Shown: positions 21,474 through 33,005 of the stretch, piece by piece
Layout: every line of letters starts with the position of its first letter
Position numbering within the stretch: the first letter of the stretch is position 1
Assembly: GCA_902622845.1 (NCBI GenBank)
Contig: CACNRI010000002.1
Span: 85,035 to 149,034, forward strand
Reading direction: 5' to 3'
DNA length: 64,000 nucleotides
From: an uncultured SAR86 cluster bacterium
GTDB lineage: Bacteria > Pseudomonadota > Gammaproteobacteria > Magnimaribacterales > D2472
The notes under the pieces: generated by a model
Seen by the model: the letters and a program-made list of their open reading frames with translations, nothing else
Database searches by the model: none
Told to the model about the DNA's origin: nothing
Translations under genes and position numbers: made by a program

Positions 21474-24400
21474 GTGCCAAATTTAAAAATTAATATCTTC
21501 TCAGGGGGAAATGCCTTTTCTTCGGCAACTGCCGCCAAGCTTACTGACGAATTCAATTTTTCAAATAATTCCAAAGCGACTATTGAATGTATAGAGGTTT
21601 TCTTGCTTAGTGCAGAGGAGTCTTGTAATGAGCTTGATAGATGTAAAACAATTCTTGGCTGCGAGGAGCTAGCTGAAGAATTTGATTTTTTTGTAGGACC
21701 TAGAAGATCAACCATTAGTCCTTGGTCTTCAAAAACTGAAGATATTTTTAAAAATGTCGGGATTGTTGGAATATCCAGAATTGAGAGGTTTTATGGCTTT
21801 AAGATTTCTAACTTAGAACCTAATTCAAACCTTGACCTTTCCTCGGTCTTTGATCGCATGACTCAATCCATTTACTCAACAGTTGAAGAGTTAGCAGAAT
21901 TTTTCTTTGAGTTAGATAAAAGAGGCCTCGGTGAGATTGATATTATTTCTGGTGGGAAAAAAGCTCTTGAGGATGCAAACACAAAATATGGTTTTGCAAT
22001 TTCCAATGATGAAATAGATTATCTCTTAGATTTTTATAATTCGATTAATAGAAATCCTACTGATGCTGAACTCATGATGTTCTCACAAGCAAACTCAGAA
22101 CATTGCAGGCATAAGATTTTTAACACCGACTGGCAAGTAGATGGGGAAGAAAAAGAAGATTCTTTATTTCAGCTTATTAAAAAGACCAGTAAAGAGTCGC
22201 CAAAAAATATTATTTCTGCCTATAAAGATAATGCCGCAATTGTTGAAGGTGTTAATACTAAAAGGCTTTCAGTAAATGATGATCAAACTTATGAACTCAT
22301 TCAAGAAAAGATTAATTCAACTATAAAGGTAGAAACTCATAATCACCCGACCGCAATTTCACCATTTCCAGGAGCGTCTACAGGATCAGGTGGAGAAATA
22401 AGAGATGAGGGTGCAACTGGAATGGGAGCAAAGCCAAAAGTTGGCTTGGTTGGGTTTAATGTTTCTAACTTGAGACTCCCTGACTTTATTCGCCCTTGGG
22501 AGGACGATGAGAATAAACCAGAAAGGATCGCTTCGCCGCTTGAAATAATGGTTGATGCACCTCTCGGAGGCGCAGCATTTAATAATGAATTTGGTCGCCC
22601 ATCAATATTAGGTTACTTCAGAAGTTTTGAAACTTCTTTTAAAGATTCAACAGCATACGGTTATCACAAACCAATTATGCTTGCAGGTGGAATCGGAGAG
22701 ATTATTGATAGGAATAATTTTAAAAAACAAATTAGTGAGGACTATTTAGTAATTGTTTTAGGTGGTCCATCAATGCTGATTGGTCTTGGCGGCGGCGCTG
22801 CATCATCAATGTCATCAGGACAAAGTGATGAGGATTTAGATTTTGCTTCAGTACAAAGAGATAACGCAGAAATGGAAAGACGGTGCCAAGAAGTAATTAA
22901 TACTTGTAATAATAAAAATCCAAGCATCATAGAGTTTATACATGATGTAGGTGCAGGTGGTCTTTCAAACGCAATACCAGAATTAGCTAAAGATAGTGAA
23001 TTGGGAGTATATATAAATCTTAAAGACATTCCATGTGCGGATCTCTCAATGTCACCGATGGAAATCTGGTCAAACGAATCTCAGGAAAGATATGTTTTAA
23101 GCATTCATTCTAATAATGAAGAACTATTTAGAGAAATTTGTGAGAGAGAACGTTGTCCTTTTGCAGTTGTAGGAAAAACAATAACTGAAAAATATATAAA
23201 ACTTTTTGATGAAAGTGCTAATAACTATCCAGTGGATGTACCCTTATCTATGCTGTTTGGTGAACTGCCACTAGAAAAGAAAGTCGTTCAAGAAGAAAAA
23301 AATGTTTTTAATGTTGAGCAAAAGATAGCAATAGATGCAGATAATGATTTAGATATTTCAGAGCTTGATCCAAAAGCAAAAGAGTCTGTTAAAAAACATA
23401 TTGATAAAAGTGCTGAAAATGTTCTTAGTCATCCAACGGTTGGCTCAAAATCTTTTTTAATTACTATCGGTGATAGATCGGTAGGAGGAATGGTTGCAAG
23501 AGATCAATTTGTTGGAAAGTGGCAGGTGCCTACATCAAATTATGCTATGTCCTTGAGATCTTTTGATGATGTTTGCGGAGAAGTCATAAGTATCGGAGAG
23601 AGACCAGCTTTATCCATTCATAATGCAGCTGCTTCAATGCGAATGGCAGTAGCCGAAGCAGTAACCAATATGATGTCAGTTCCAATTGAATCTATTTCTT
23701 CTATAAGAGCATCAGCTAACTGGATGGCGGCTTGTGGAGAAAATATTGAAGATTTAAATCTTAGAAAAGGAGTGGAAGCACTATCAAACTTTTGTATTGA
23801 TCTCGGGATAGCAATTCCTGTTGGTAAAGATTCTTTGTCCATGAGAACAACTTGGGAAAAAGATCAATCAAACTTCACCGTTAAAAGTCCAATGACAGGA
23901 ATCATTTCAGCTATGGCGCCTGTCAAAGACGTAAGAACATCAATAACTACAGAGTATAAAAACTTAGAAGATCCATGCTTGGTTTTAGTAAAACCAAACA
24001 ATTTTTTTAGATTGAATGGATCAATTTATCAAGATATTTTTGAAACATCATTTACTGATACGCCAGATATTTCATCAGAAGAGCTCTTAAATTTATTTAA
24101 TTTTATTCAGAAAGGAGTAAATAAAAAAAATATTCATGCGCTTCATGATATTTCTGATGGGGGAATCCTTACCACCTTATCTGAACTTTGCTTTACAAAT
24201 AAAATAGGATGTTCAATATCGCTTGATAACAATTTCCAGGTTTCTCCGGAGCAATTCTTATTTTCGGAAGAGATTGGAGTTGTTATCCAAATAAATGAAT
24301 CTAAATTAAAGGAATTAAAGCAATCAGCTCATTCTCAAAACCTTTTATTCCAGTATTTAGGAAAGATTGGCGGAAGTAATTTTGATATTTTAGATAAAAA

Positions 24401-25382
24401 TAAGGATAAATTATTCTCACGAGACATTGCAGAGCTTGAACAGGCTTGGTCTCAGGTCTCATATCGCATTAAATCAATAAGAGACAATAAAGATGATGCA
24501 AAATCGGAGTTTGATCTTATTTCAAAGACCTCAAATACTGGATTATTTTCAAATGACTCTTTTAAGCAACCTAAAAAAGTTCTGAAAATACTCAATTTCC
24601 TGAAAAACAAACCAAAAGTTGCAATTTTAAGAGAGCAAGGTGTAAATGGGCAAAATGAAATGGCAGCTGCATTTATAAAAGCAGGTTTTGAAGCACATGA
24701 TGTTCATATGCAGGATTTGTTAGAGCAGAAAAAAGATTTAAATCAATTTAATGGTCTCGCTGTTTGTGGTGGATTTTCATATGGAGATGTTTTAGGAGCA
24801 GGAAAGGGTTGGTCTAGCACAATCAATTTTAGTGATAGCATCCAAGAAAAGTTTTTAAAATTTTTTGAGGACGAGAAAAAATTTACACTTGGTGTTTGTA
24901 ATGGATGCCAAATGCTTTCCTCCATAAAAGAAATAATTCCCGGAACAGATTCTTGGCCAAGTTTCCAAAAGAATCATTCCGATCAATTTGAAGCAAGACT
25001 GAGTCAAGTAAAAATTCTAAAATCAAAATCTGTACTGTTAAATGATATGGAAGACTGGTCGCTACCAATTATTGTTTCGCATGGAGAGGGTAGAGCAAGT
25101 TTTGAAAATGAAGATGAAATAAAAAAACTTTTTGATTCAGAAAAGATCTGTATGACTTTCGTTGATTCAGCTGGATATCAAACTGAACAATATCCATTGA
25201 ATCCAAATAAATCACCTTCAGGAATTACAGGAATTACAAATGATAATGGAAACATAACAATCATGATGCCTCACCCGGAGAGAGTTTTTCGTTCTCATCA
25301 ATTTTCATGGAAACCATTATCTTGGGGAGAATTTTCTCCTTGGATGCAGATCTTTATAAATGCTAAAAAGTTTGTGAGTTAG
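21474..25382 (+). CDS. purL: phosphoribosylformylglycinamidine synthase (large single-chain form)
   Basis: NSEHCRHKIFN, KVETHNHPT, HDVGAGG, GGFSYGD, GVCNGCQ, MPHPER. Confidence 0.98.
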   Translation: MPNLKINIFSGGNAFSSATAAKLTDEFNFSNNSKATIECIEVFLLSAEESCNELDRCKTILGCEELAEEFDFFVGPRRSTISPWSSKTEDIFKNVGIVGISRIERFYGFKISNLEPNSNLDLSSVFDRMTQSIYSTVEELAEFFFELDKRGLGEIDIISGGKKALEDANTKYGFAISNDEIDYLLDFYNSINRNPTDAELMMFSQANSEHCRHKIFNTDWQVDGEEKEDSLFQLIKKTSKESPKNIISAYKDNAAIVEGVNTKRLSVNDDQTYELIQEKINSTIKVETHNHPTAISPFPGASTGSGGEIRDEGATGMGAKPKVGLVGFNVSNLRLPDFIRPWEDDENKPERIASPLEIMVDAPLGGAAFNNEFGRPSILGYFRSFETSFKDSTAYGYHKPIMLAGGIGEIIDRNNFKKQISEDYLVIVLGGPSMLIGLGGGAASSMSSGQSDEDLDFASVQRDNAEMERRCQEVINTCNNKNPSIIEFIHDVGAGGLSNAIPELAKDSELGVYINLKDIPCADLSMSPMEIWSNESQERYVLSIHSNNEELFREICERERCPFAVVGKTITEKYIKLFDESANNYPVDVPLSMLFGELPLEKKVVQEEKNVFNVEQKIAIDADNDLDISELDPKAKESVKKHIDKSAENVLSHPTVGSKSFLITIGDRSVGGMVARDQFVGKWQVPTSNYAMSLRSFDDVCGEVISIGERPALSIHNAAASMRMAVAEAVTNMMSVPIESISSIRASANWMAACGENIEDLNLRKGVEALSNFCIDLGIAIPVGKDSLSMRTTWEKDQSNFTVKSPMTGIISAMAPVKDVRTSITTEYKNLEDPCLVLVKPNNFFRLNGSIYQDIFETSFTDTPDISSEELLNLFNFIQKGVNKKNIHALHDISDGGILTTLSELCFTNKIGCSISLDNNFQVSPEQFLFSEEIGVVIQINESKLKELKQSAHSQNLLFQYLGKIGGSNFDILDKNKDKLFSRDIAELEQAWSQVSYRIKSIRDNKDDAKSEFDLISKTSNTGLFSNDSFKQPKKVLKILNFLKNKPKVAILREQGVNGQNEMAAAFIKAGFEAHDVHMQDLLEQKKDLNQFNGLAVCGGFSYGDVLGAGKGWSSTINFSDSIQEKFLKFFEDEKKFTLGVCNGCQMLSSIKEIIPGTDSWPSFQKNHSDQFEARLSQVKILKSKSVLLNDMEDWSLPIIVSHGEGRASFENEDEIKKLFDSEKICMTFVDSAGYQTEQYPLNPNKSPSGITGITNDNGNITIMMPHPERVFRSHQFSWKPLSWGEFSPWMQIFINAKKFVS

Positions 25383-25915
25383 CTCAGTAAAATCTCTTCT
25401 TCACGAAATTCAAAATTGTCTTTTTTGGAATCCTCAACGAAATATTTTAGAGTCATTGAAACTGTTGGGAAAGCTAATTCATCCCATGGAATTTCTGACA
25501 TTTCAACCAGCTTCACTTCACTACTTTCATTGGTTGGTCCAAAGGAGTCTGAAAGAAGTTTAGCTAGATAAAAAACGTGTATCTGACTGATATGCGGTAG
25601 ACTTATGACAGTATATGGCTTAATTATTTCAGCTTTAGCTTGAGTTTCTTCTAATGTTTCTCTTAATGCACCAGCTTGCATCGTTTCTGCATTTTCAAGA
25701 AAACCTGCCGGCAAGGTCCACTTATCTTTACGCGGATGAATACTTCTTTTAGCAATTAATATTTTATTATCAAATGTTGATAATGTGCCCACTACTAGAT
25801 TTGGATTTGTATAAAAAATTGTATGACAATCATTACAACAATATCGCTTTCGATTATCATCTTCAGGGATTTTAAATTCTAAATTTGAGCTTCCACAATT
25901 TGAACAATACTTCAC
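25379..25915 (-). CDS. NUDIX hydrolase with N-terminal zinc ribbon
   Basis: CSNCG...CNDC; LPAGFLENAETMQAGALRETLEE Nudix box. Confidence 0.92.
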   Translation of the reverse strand: MKYCSNCGSSNLEFKIPEDDNRKRYCCNDCHTIFYTNPNLVVGTLSTFDNKILIAKRSIHPRKDKWTLPAGFLENAETMQAGALRETLEETQAKAEIIKPYTVISLPHISQIHVFYLAKLLSDSFGPTNESSEVKLVEMSEIPWDELAFPTVSMTLKYFVEDSKKDNFEFREEEILLS

Positions 25916-25958
25916 AACTTAACCAATATTTTTTCTAAAAAAAGTTAAACTATCTTAA

Positions 25959-26534
25959 ATGATTTCTTCAATAAAAGATAAATTAAGTAATATTAATTAT
26001 GATGCGACTACTGGAAACAGAAAAGCTGGCGTTATGATTTTATTATCAAAAATTAGTGACAAAAATTTTTCAATTAAATTTACTTTGAGATCATCGAAAA
26101 TGAAAACTCATGCAGGTGAAGTCAGTTTTCCAGGTGGAATGATGGAAGAGATTGATCACGATATTTTTCAGACTGCTCTTAGAGAATGTGAAGAAGAAAT
26201 TAATCTCCAATCAACAAATTTAGAGATTCTAGGAAAAATGGATTATTTTATTTCGAGACATAAAGTAGAAGTTCATCCAGTTGTTGGATTTTTAGAAACT
26301 AATCAATCCTTTAAATCCAATTATGAAATAGATGAAATATTTGATGTCCCCATTTCATATTTACTTGATGAAGAAAATATTATTTGGCAAGAATTAGAAA
26401 GAGATGGAATTAAGTTCAAATCACCATCATGGAGTTATAATGGATTTAAAATTTGGGGACTTACTGCAATGATTACAACGATTTTTGTTAATGATTATTT
26501 TGATGCAGGAATAAAATTGGACTGGAAGCGATGA
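25959..26534 (+). CDS. CoA pyrophosphatase (NudL/PCD1-like NUDIX)
   Basis: [25 protein letters not shown]. Confidence 0.9.
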   Translation: MISSIKDKLSNINYDATTGNRKAGVMILLSKISDKNFSIKFTLRSSKMKTHAGEVSFPGGMMEEIDHDIFQTALRECEEEINLQSTNLEILGKMDYFISRHKVEVHPVVGFLETNQSFKSNYEIDEIFDVPISYLLDEENIIWQELERDGIKFKSPSWSYNGFKIWGLTAMITTIFVNDYFDAGIKLDWKR

Positions 26535-27046
26535 TTTACGAACTAGATGGAAAAAAACCTAAAATGCGGGATGAAAATTACTGGATTGCCAGTAACGCTA
26601 CCGTCGTAGGTGATGTTTTCTTAGATACAGATGCAAGTATTTGGTTTAATTGCGTAGTTAGAGGAGACAATGAGCCAATTTCTATAGGGAAAGGGTCAAA
26701 TATTCAAGAAGGTTCTATTATTCATACAGATCCTGGTTTCAAATGCACCATTGGTAATAATGTTACCGTTGGGCACATGGTAATGCTTCATGGATGTGAA
26801 ATAGGTGATGGTTCTCTAATTGGTATAAATTCAGTCATTCTAAATGGTGCAAAAATAGGTAAAAACTGCATAATTGGAGCCAAAGCTTTAATTACTGAGA
26901 ATGCTGTAATCCCTGATGGTTCAATGGTTATGGGCATTCCAGCAAAGGTAAAAAGAGAGTTATCGGAGGAAGAGCAACAACTACCAACTTTGAACTCAAA
27001 ATTTTATGTTGAAAATTATAAAAGATATAAAAAAGGAGATTTTTAA
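26531..27046 (+). CDS. gamma-carbonic anhydrase family protein (YrdA-like)
   Basis: [25 protein letters not shown] hexapeptide repeats with three His ligands. Confidence 0.92.
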   Translation: MIYELDGKKPKMRDENYWIASNATVVGDVFLDTDASIWFNCVVRGDNEPISIGKGSNIQEGSIIHTDPGFKCTIGNNVTVGHMVMLHGCEIGDGSLIGINSVILNGAKIGKNCIIGAKALITENAVIPDGSMVMGIPAKVKRELSEEEQQLPTLNSKFYVENYKRYKKGDF

Positions 27047-27838
27047 ATGTCATATGCAATAGTTACAGGGGCTTCAGCCGGAATTGGAAAAGAAATAGCA
27101 ATACAGCTTGCTGAAAGAGGTCACGATATTATTTTGACTGCTAGAAGAGAAAATAGATTACAAGAACTAGCCTCAGAAATTAGAAGCAGGTATCAAGTAA
27201 ATGTTGATTACATCACAGCTGATTTAGCTGAAGTTGATGCACCAGATCAAATTCATGAATTTTGTAAGAATAATAATTATGACGTAGAAATTCTTATCAA
27301 TAATGCAGGTTATGGGTTACCAAAACCGTTTCATGAAGTTCCTATGGAAGATGAAGAAAAAAGCCTCAGAGTGCTAGCAATATCAGTAATAGCTCTAACA
27401 AAAAAGTTTGTGCCTGATCTTCTTGCAAGGGGCGGCGGAAAAGTTATGATTGTCTCTTCAGTGGCATCTTTTGCTCCACCATCCGCAATCCAGACACTTT
27501 ATGGACCAATTAAAACATTTATGAATAGATTTAGTGATTCTATAAATATAAATTACAAACGTAAGGGCATTTCTTCAACTTCAGTTTGCCCAGGCTATAC
27601 AGTTACTGAATTCCATTCTGCATCAGGCACTCAAGAGCAAATGGACAAAGTTCCAGCATTTATGAAATTAACTGCTGAGAGAGTAGCTAGAGAAGGACTT
27701 GATGCAATGTTTGCTGGCAAGCGTCTTTCTATCCCAAGTAAAAGATACAAGGTATTAGTCTTTCTTATGACATATTTTTCATTTTTAATTAATATTTTTA
27801 GTAATGCACTTACAGGCGGCAGATACGAAAAAAAATGA
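27047..27838 (+). CDS. short-chain dehydrogenase/reductase
   Basis: TGASAGIG, NNAG, YGPIK (YxxxK). Confidence 0.92.
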   Translation: MSYAIVTGASAGIGKEIAIQLAERGHDIILTARRENRLQELASEIRSRYQVNVDYITADLAEVDAPDQIHEFCKNNNYDVEILINNAGYGLPKPFHEVPMEDEEKSLRVLAISVIALTKKFVPDLLARGGGKVMIVSSVASFAPPSAIQTLYGPIKTFMNRFSDSININYKRKGISSTSVCPGYTVTEFHSASGTQEQMDKVPAFMKLTAERVAREGLDAMFAGKRLSIPSKRYKVLVFLMTYFSFLINIFSNALTGGRYEKK

Positions 27839-30405
27839 ATACTAATGAGATAAGAGAAGCATTTCTAGAATTCTTTAAAAGCAAGAATCATAATATTGTT
27901 TCTTCAAGTTCTCTCGTACCTAACAATGATGACACTTTGCTTTTCACTAATGCAGGCATGGTTCAGTTTAAAGATGTCTTTTTAGGCCAAGAAAAACTTA
28001 AATATTCCAGAGCCACCTCTTCCCAAAAATGTATTCGTGCTGGAGGTAAGCATAATGATCTTGAAAATGTAGGCTATACACTTCGCCACCATACTTTTTT
28101 TGAAATGCTTGGGAACTTTAGCTTTGGTGACTATTTTAAAGAGGAGGCTATAGTTTTTGCATGGGAGTTTTTAACTGATGTTCTCAAACTAGATAAAGAT
28201 AGGTTATGGATTACAGTTTATAAAGATGATGACGAGGCAAAAGAAATTTGGATAAATAAGATTGGCATTGATCCGGATAGAATTGCGAAGCTTGGAGATA
28301 AAGATAATTTTTGGTCAATGGCTGATACTGGACCTTGCGGCCCTTGCTCAGAAATCTTTTTTGATCATGGAGATAAATATGAAGGAACACCGCCAGGTGA
28401 AGATGGAGAAGAGGGCGACAGATTTGTTGAGATATGGAATTTAGTATTTATGCAATTCAACCGAGATTCAGATGGCGTGCTGCATGATTTACCAAAGCCG
28501 TCAGTTGATACTGGAATGGGACTAGAAAGAATTGCTGCAGTAATGCAAGGAGTAGGATCAAACTATGAAACTGATATCTTTTCAAATCTAATTAAAGAAT
28601 CCGAGAAAGTGCTTGGAAGTGCTGGAGATGTCTCCCACAAAGTAATTGCTGACCATCTTAGATCTTCATGCTTCTTAATTTCAGATGATGTTTTTCCATC
28701 TAATGAAGGAAGAGGCTATGTTCTCAGAAGAATCCTGCGAAGAGCTATTAGGCACGGCTATAAGATTGGAGCAGATAAGCCTTTTATGCATAAGTTAGTT
28801 AAAACTTTCGTTAACGCGATGGGTGATCCCTATCCACAACTAAAAAATGACGAAGAAAGAATTAAAAAACTCATCAAAAATGAAGAGACTCAGTTTTTAC
28901 AAACTCTCGATAAAGGTATTCAAATTTTGGACTCCACTCTTGCAGAAGGGAATAAAGAAATTATTTCAGGAGATTTGGCCTTTAAGCTTCACGATACTTT
29001 TGGTTTCCCATTTGATCTGACGGCTGATATTGCAAGAGAAAAGGGTATTGACATTGATGAAGAAGGATTCAAGAACAATATGGAATCTCAACAACAAATG
29101 TCAAAGGCATCAAGTTTGTTTGTGTCAAAGATTCCCACAGCAGAGGATATAAAGGAAACAGATTTTATTGGTTATGAATATTTATCTTCAGACTCAAATG
29201 TAATAGCAATTTGGAATAAAAATGAAAAAGTTGAGCTTGCTAAAGAACCACAAGAGTACTTTATAGCACTTAACCAGACTTCAATTTATGCAGAGTCAGG
29301 TGGACAGGTTGGTGATAGAGGTATGTTTAAATCTAAAAATGCAGAGGGTAGTATTTTAGATTGCAAAAAATCTGGAAAAGTTTTTATGCACCTTATAAAG
29401 TTAGACAAAGGAAGCATAAAAATTGATGATAAAATTGAAGTTAACGTGAATAAAGAAAAAAGAGAGAAAACCGAAGCTCATCATTCTGCTACCCATTTAG
29501 TCCATGCTGCACTAAAAAGGGTTTTAGGAGATCATGTTAAGCAAAAGGGTTCCCTTGTTGATGAGCACAAACTCAGATTTGACTTCTCCCATGATGAATC
29601 TTTATCAGATGAAGAGATATCCAAAATTGAAGATTTAGTAAATCAAGAAATACTAAAGAATTCTGCTGTAAGCACAAAAATAATGGATTTAGAAGATGCT
29701 AAGAATTCAGGTGCAGAGTCTTTATTTGGTGAAAAGTATGAAGATCAGGTAAGAGTCTTATCTATTGGTGAAGATGATTTTTCTCTTGAGCTTTGTGGTG
29801 GAACACATATCTCAAGAACAGGGGATCTTGGTATTTTCATTATAATAAGTCAAAGCAGTGTAGCCTCTGGTATTAGAAGAATTGAGGCATTGTCTGGTCC
29901 TAGAGCTCAAGAATATTTATCAAATCTTAAAAATCAAACTATTCAACTCCAAAAACTATTAAATGCTCCTGCTGAAGAAATTGAAGATAAGGTGAGTAAG
30001 CTTTTAAAGGAAAATAAAAGCTTAAAAAAAGGCGGTAAAACCGCCAAAGCAGCCACAATTAAATCCTCTAATACTCATGATATTGATAACTTTAAATTAG
30101 TAATTGAAGAGGCAGAATCAGAGGATATAAAAGAATTAAGACCACTACTCGATGAAAAAGCGAAAAATGCAAATAATTCTATCTTTATTATTCTAAGTTC
30201 TAAAAACGAAACATTAACTATTCTCTGTTCCGTATCAAAAGACCTTCAATCGAGAATTTCAGCAAAAGATCTCATTAATGCTTTAACGTCACCTATCGAA
30301 GGTAAAGGGGGTGGAAGAGTAGAATTTGCTCAAGGCGCAGGTAAGCCTTCCGATAGAGAAAAATTTGTTTCTGATATCCCTAATATCGTACAATCGCTCG
30401 CATAA
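27835..30405 (+). CDS. alaS: alanine--tRNA ligase
   Basis: LLFTNAGMVQFK, HHTFFEMLGNFSFGDYFK, HSATH and ELCGGTH editing motifs, GKGGG. Confidence 0.98.
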   Translation: MNTNEIREAFLEFFKSKNHNIVSSSSLVPNNDDTLLFTNAGMVQFKDVFLGQEKLKYSRATSSQKCIRAGGKHNDLENVGYTLRHHTFFEMLGNFSFGDYFKEEAIVFAWEFLTDVLKLDKDRLWITVYKDDDEAKEIWINKIGIDPDRIAKLGDKDNFWSMADTGPCGPCSEIFFDHGDKYEGTPPGEDGEEGDRFVEIWNLVFMQFNRDSDGVLHDLPKPSVDTGMGLERIAAVMQGVGSNYETDIFSNLIKESEKVLGSAGDVSHKVIADHLRSSCFLISDDVFPSNEGRGYVLRRILRRAIRHGYKIGADKPFMHKLVKTFVNAMGDPYPQLKNDEERIKKLIKNEETQFLQTLDKGIQILDSTLAEGNKEIISGDLAFKLHDTFGFPFDLTADIAREKGIDIDEEGFKNNMESQQQMSKASSLFVSKIPTAEDIKETDFIGYEYLSSDSNVIAIWNKNEKVELAKEPQEYFIALNQTSIYAESGGQVGDRGMFKSKNAEGSILDCKKSGKVFMHLIKLDKGSIKIDDKIEVNVNKEKREKTEAHHSATHLVHAALKRVLGDHVKQKGSLVDEHKLRFDFSHDESLSDEEISKIEDLVNQEILKNSAVSTKIMDLEDAKNSGAESLFGEKYEDQVRVLSIGEDDFSLELCGGTHISRTGDLGIFIIISQSSVASGIRRIEALSGPRAQEYLSNLKNQTIQLQKLLNAPAEEIEDKVSKLLKENKSLKKGGKTAKAATIKSSNTHDIDNFKLVIEEAESEDIKELRPLLDEKAKNANNSIFIILSSKNETLTILCSVSKDLQSRISAKDLINALTSPIEGKGGGRVEFAQGAGKPSDREKFVSDIPNIVQSLA

Positions 30406-30414
30406 ATTTTTCTT

Positions 30415-31629
30415 ATGCAACAAGTTATAGTTCAAAAATTTGGAGGTACATCTGTTGGCTCGGGAGAGCGTATAGCTGCAGTTGCTGAAATCATTAAAAA
30501 TGAGGCAGAGATTAACACTGTTGTAGTTGTTGTATCAGCAATGGCAGGAGAGACTGATCGACTTATAGAACTCTCAAAATTATTTGGAGATAATCCGAAT
30601 ACAAGAGAATTTGATGCCCTGATATCAACTGGTGAGAAAGTAAGCGCATCTCTTTTAGCTATGGCCCTCAACTCTCTTGGCTTGAAAGCCAAATCTTATT
30701 CAGCTGCTCAAGTTTCACTTAAAACTACATCTAACTTTTCAAAGGCTAAGATTTTGGATATAGATAAAACAAAAATGGAAGAGATTCTTGCAGATGGCTC
30801 AATTCCAATTATTACCGGTTTCCAAGGAATAACTGAAACTGGAGAAGTTACTACCTTAGGAAGAGGTGGATCTGATACTACTGCTGTTGCAATTGCTGCT
30901 TCTCTTAAAGCTAACCGTTGTGATATTTATACGGATGTTGATGGCATTTACACTACAGACCCAAGAATTGTTCCCAATGCAAAGAAACTTGATGCAATTT
31001 CAATGGAAGGCATGCTTGAGCTTGCAGGACAAGGAGCTAAAGTCATTCAAATAAGAGCTGTAGAATTCGCAAATAAATTTAAGGTTCCTGTGAGAGTTTT
31101 ATCGAGCTTTTCATCAGGTACTGGTACTATGATAACTTTAGAGAATGATACTATGGAAAATGCAGAAATTTCAGGAATAGCCTTCCAAACAGACCAAACA
31201 AAAGTAACTTTTACTGCGGTTGAAGATACTCCAGGCATAGCATCAAAGATACTTGGTCCGCTGAGTGAATTAGATATGAAAGTTGATGTTATTGTTCAAA
31301 ATGTTGGAATTGAAGGCAAGACGGATTTTACTTTTACCATAGCAACCGAGGAAAAAAGTTTGTTGGATGAAGCAATTAACAATATTCAAAAATCCATAAA
31401 CTATAAAGAAGTAATAATTGACGATGAAATTGCTAAAGTTTCTATTGTTGGTGTTGGAATTAGGTCTCATGCTGGAGTTGCAGCAAAAGCTTTCCAAGCG
31501 TTATCTGAAAACGAAATAAATATTGGCATGATTAGCACATCCGAAATTAAGTTGACTTTGGTTATCAAAAAAGATGATCTTGAAAAAGCCGTAAAAGTCT
31601 TACATGATGTATTTGAGCTAGATAAATAA
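30415..31629 (+). CDS. lysC: aspartate kinase
   Basis: QKFGGTSV, TLGRGGSDTTA, DVDGIYTTDP, two ACT domains. Confidence 0.96.
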   Translation: MQQVIVQKFGGTSVGSGERIAAVAEIIKNEAEINTVVVVVSAMAGETDRLIELSKLFGDNPNTREFDALISTGEKVSASLLAMALNSLGLKAKSYSAAQVSLKTTSNFSKAKILDIDKTKMEEILADGSIPIITGFQGITETGEVTTLGRGGSDTTAVAIAASLKANRCDIYTDVDGIYTTDPRIVPNAKKLDAISMEGMLELAGQGAKVIQIRAVEFANKFKVPVRVLSSFSSGTGTMITLENDTMENAEISGIAFQTDQTKVTFTAVEDTPGIASKILGPLSELDMKVDVIVQNVGIEGKTDFTFTIATEEKSLLDEAINNIQKSINYKEVIIDDEIAKVSIVGVGIRSHAGVAAKAFQALSENEINIGMISTSEIKLTLVIKKDDLEKAVKVLHDVFELDK

Positions 31630-32963
31630 TGTATGACTTAGTCCTTAAAAACTGCAATGTTATCAATGAAAATGTTGAATCACAGGTAGATATTGCAATT
31701 AAAAATCAAAGAATTGAAAAAATAGCTGCTTCAATTGATTCAGAATCTTCAGAAGAACTAGATTTATCAGGAAAGCTTGTAATTCCTGGTCTTATTGATG
31801 ATCAAGTTCATTTTAGAGAACCAGGCCTAACCCACAAAGGTGAAATTGCCAGTGAATCAAAGGCCGCTCTTGCCGGGGGCGTAACAAGTTATTTTGAGAT
31901 GCCTAATGTAAATCCTAATACCTCTACTATTGAGAATTTAGAGAAAAAGTTTGAGATGGCCTCATCAAAATCCGTTGGTAATTACTCATTTTATTTAGGT
32001 GCAACAAATGACAATATTGAAGAGATAAAAAAACATGATCCAAAAACCTCATGTGGCCTCAAAGTATTTATGGGAGCATCTACTGGTGATTTACTGGTTG
32101 ATAAATATGAATCGCTTGAGCAGATTTTTGAACATTGTCCTACAAATATTGTCACTCACTGTGAAGATCCTAAAAGATTAGTGGAAAATGAGAGACTATA
32201 CAAAGAAAAGTATGGCGACAAGCTCGAAGCTGCTCATCATGCAGTTATAAGAGATGAGGAATGTTGCTATTTATCCAGTTCATTAGCTGTTGGGCTGGCA
32301 AAAAGATTTGGGTCTAATTTGCATGTTCTTCACCTTTCCACAGCAAGGGAAATGGAATTATTTACAACTGATCCAATTGAGAACAAACATATTACTGCTG
32401 AGGGTTGTGTTCATCACCTAACTTTTAGCGACAAAGATTATGAAGATCTTGGTAATTTTATTGTTTGCAATCCCTCAATTAAAACAGAGGAAGACAGACT
32501 TGGAATTATTGAAGCCGTAAAAGCAAATAAAATTGACATTTTCGCAACCGATCATGCTCCTCATACTTTTGAAGAAAAAAGCCAAAAATATCCAAATATT
32601 CCTGCAGGTATTCCTTTAGTTCAGCACTCTCTTCAGATGCTACTCGAGTTTTATTTTGATGATATTTTCTCTTTAGAAATGATCGTCGAAAAGTCCAGTC
32701 ATAATGTTGCAAAGAGATTCAATATCAAAGATAGAGGATTCCTAAGGGAAGGGTACTTCGCAGATATAACATGTGTGGATATGGATAAAACCTATACAGT
32801 AAATAAAGAAAATATCTTACATAAATGTGGGTGGTCCCCTCTAGAAAATAGAACAATGCGCTCATCAATTCATGCAACCATCCTCAATGGAAATATTGCT
32901 TATAAAGAAGGGCAATTTTCTGAGTCTTTGAATTTTGGTCATAGACTAGAATTCGATAATTAG
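31629..32963 (+). CDS. pyrC: dihydroorotase (long, amidohydrolase type)
   Basis: DDQVHFREPG, EMPN, KVFMG, HCED, LHLST, TDHAPH. Confidence 0.9.
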   Translation: MYDLVLKNCNVINENVESQVDIAIKNQRIEKIAASIDSESSEELDLSGKLVIPGLIDDQVHFREPGLTHKGEIASESKAALAGGVTSYFEMPNVNPNTSTIENLEKKFEMASSKSVGNYSFYLGATNDNIEEIKKHDPKTSCGLKVFMGASTGDLLVDKYESLEQIFEHCPTNIVTHCEDPKRLVENERLYKEKYGDKLEAAHHAVIRDEECCYLSSSLAVGLAKRFGSNLHVLHLSTAREMELFTTDPIENKHITAEGCVHHLTFSDKDYEDLGNFIVCNPSIKTEEDRLGIIEAVKANKIDIFATDHAPHTFEEKSQKYPNIPAGIPLVQHSLQMLLEFYFDDIFSLEMIVEKSSHNVAKRFNIKDRGFLREGYFADITCVDMDKTYTVNKENILHKCGWSPLENRTMRSSIHATILNGNIAYKEGQFSESLNFGHRLEFDN

Positions 32964-33005
32964 AATCGTTAAGCATCATAAAATTGTCTGTATAATAAAA
33001 AACTC

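Noticed and set aside
32988-33003. CTGTATAATAAAAAAC as a second LexA box
   Set aside because: The right half-site CAG is missing; more simply the -10 (TATAAT) of the tRNA-Ser promoter
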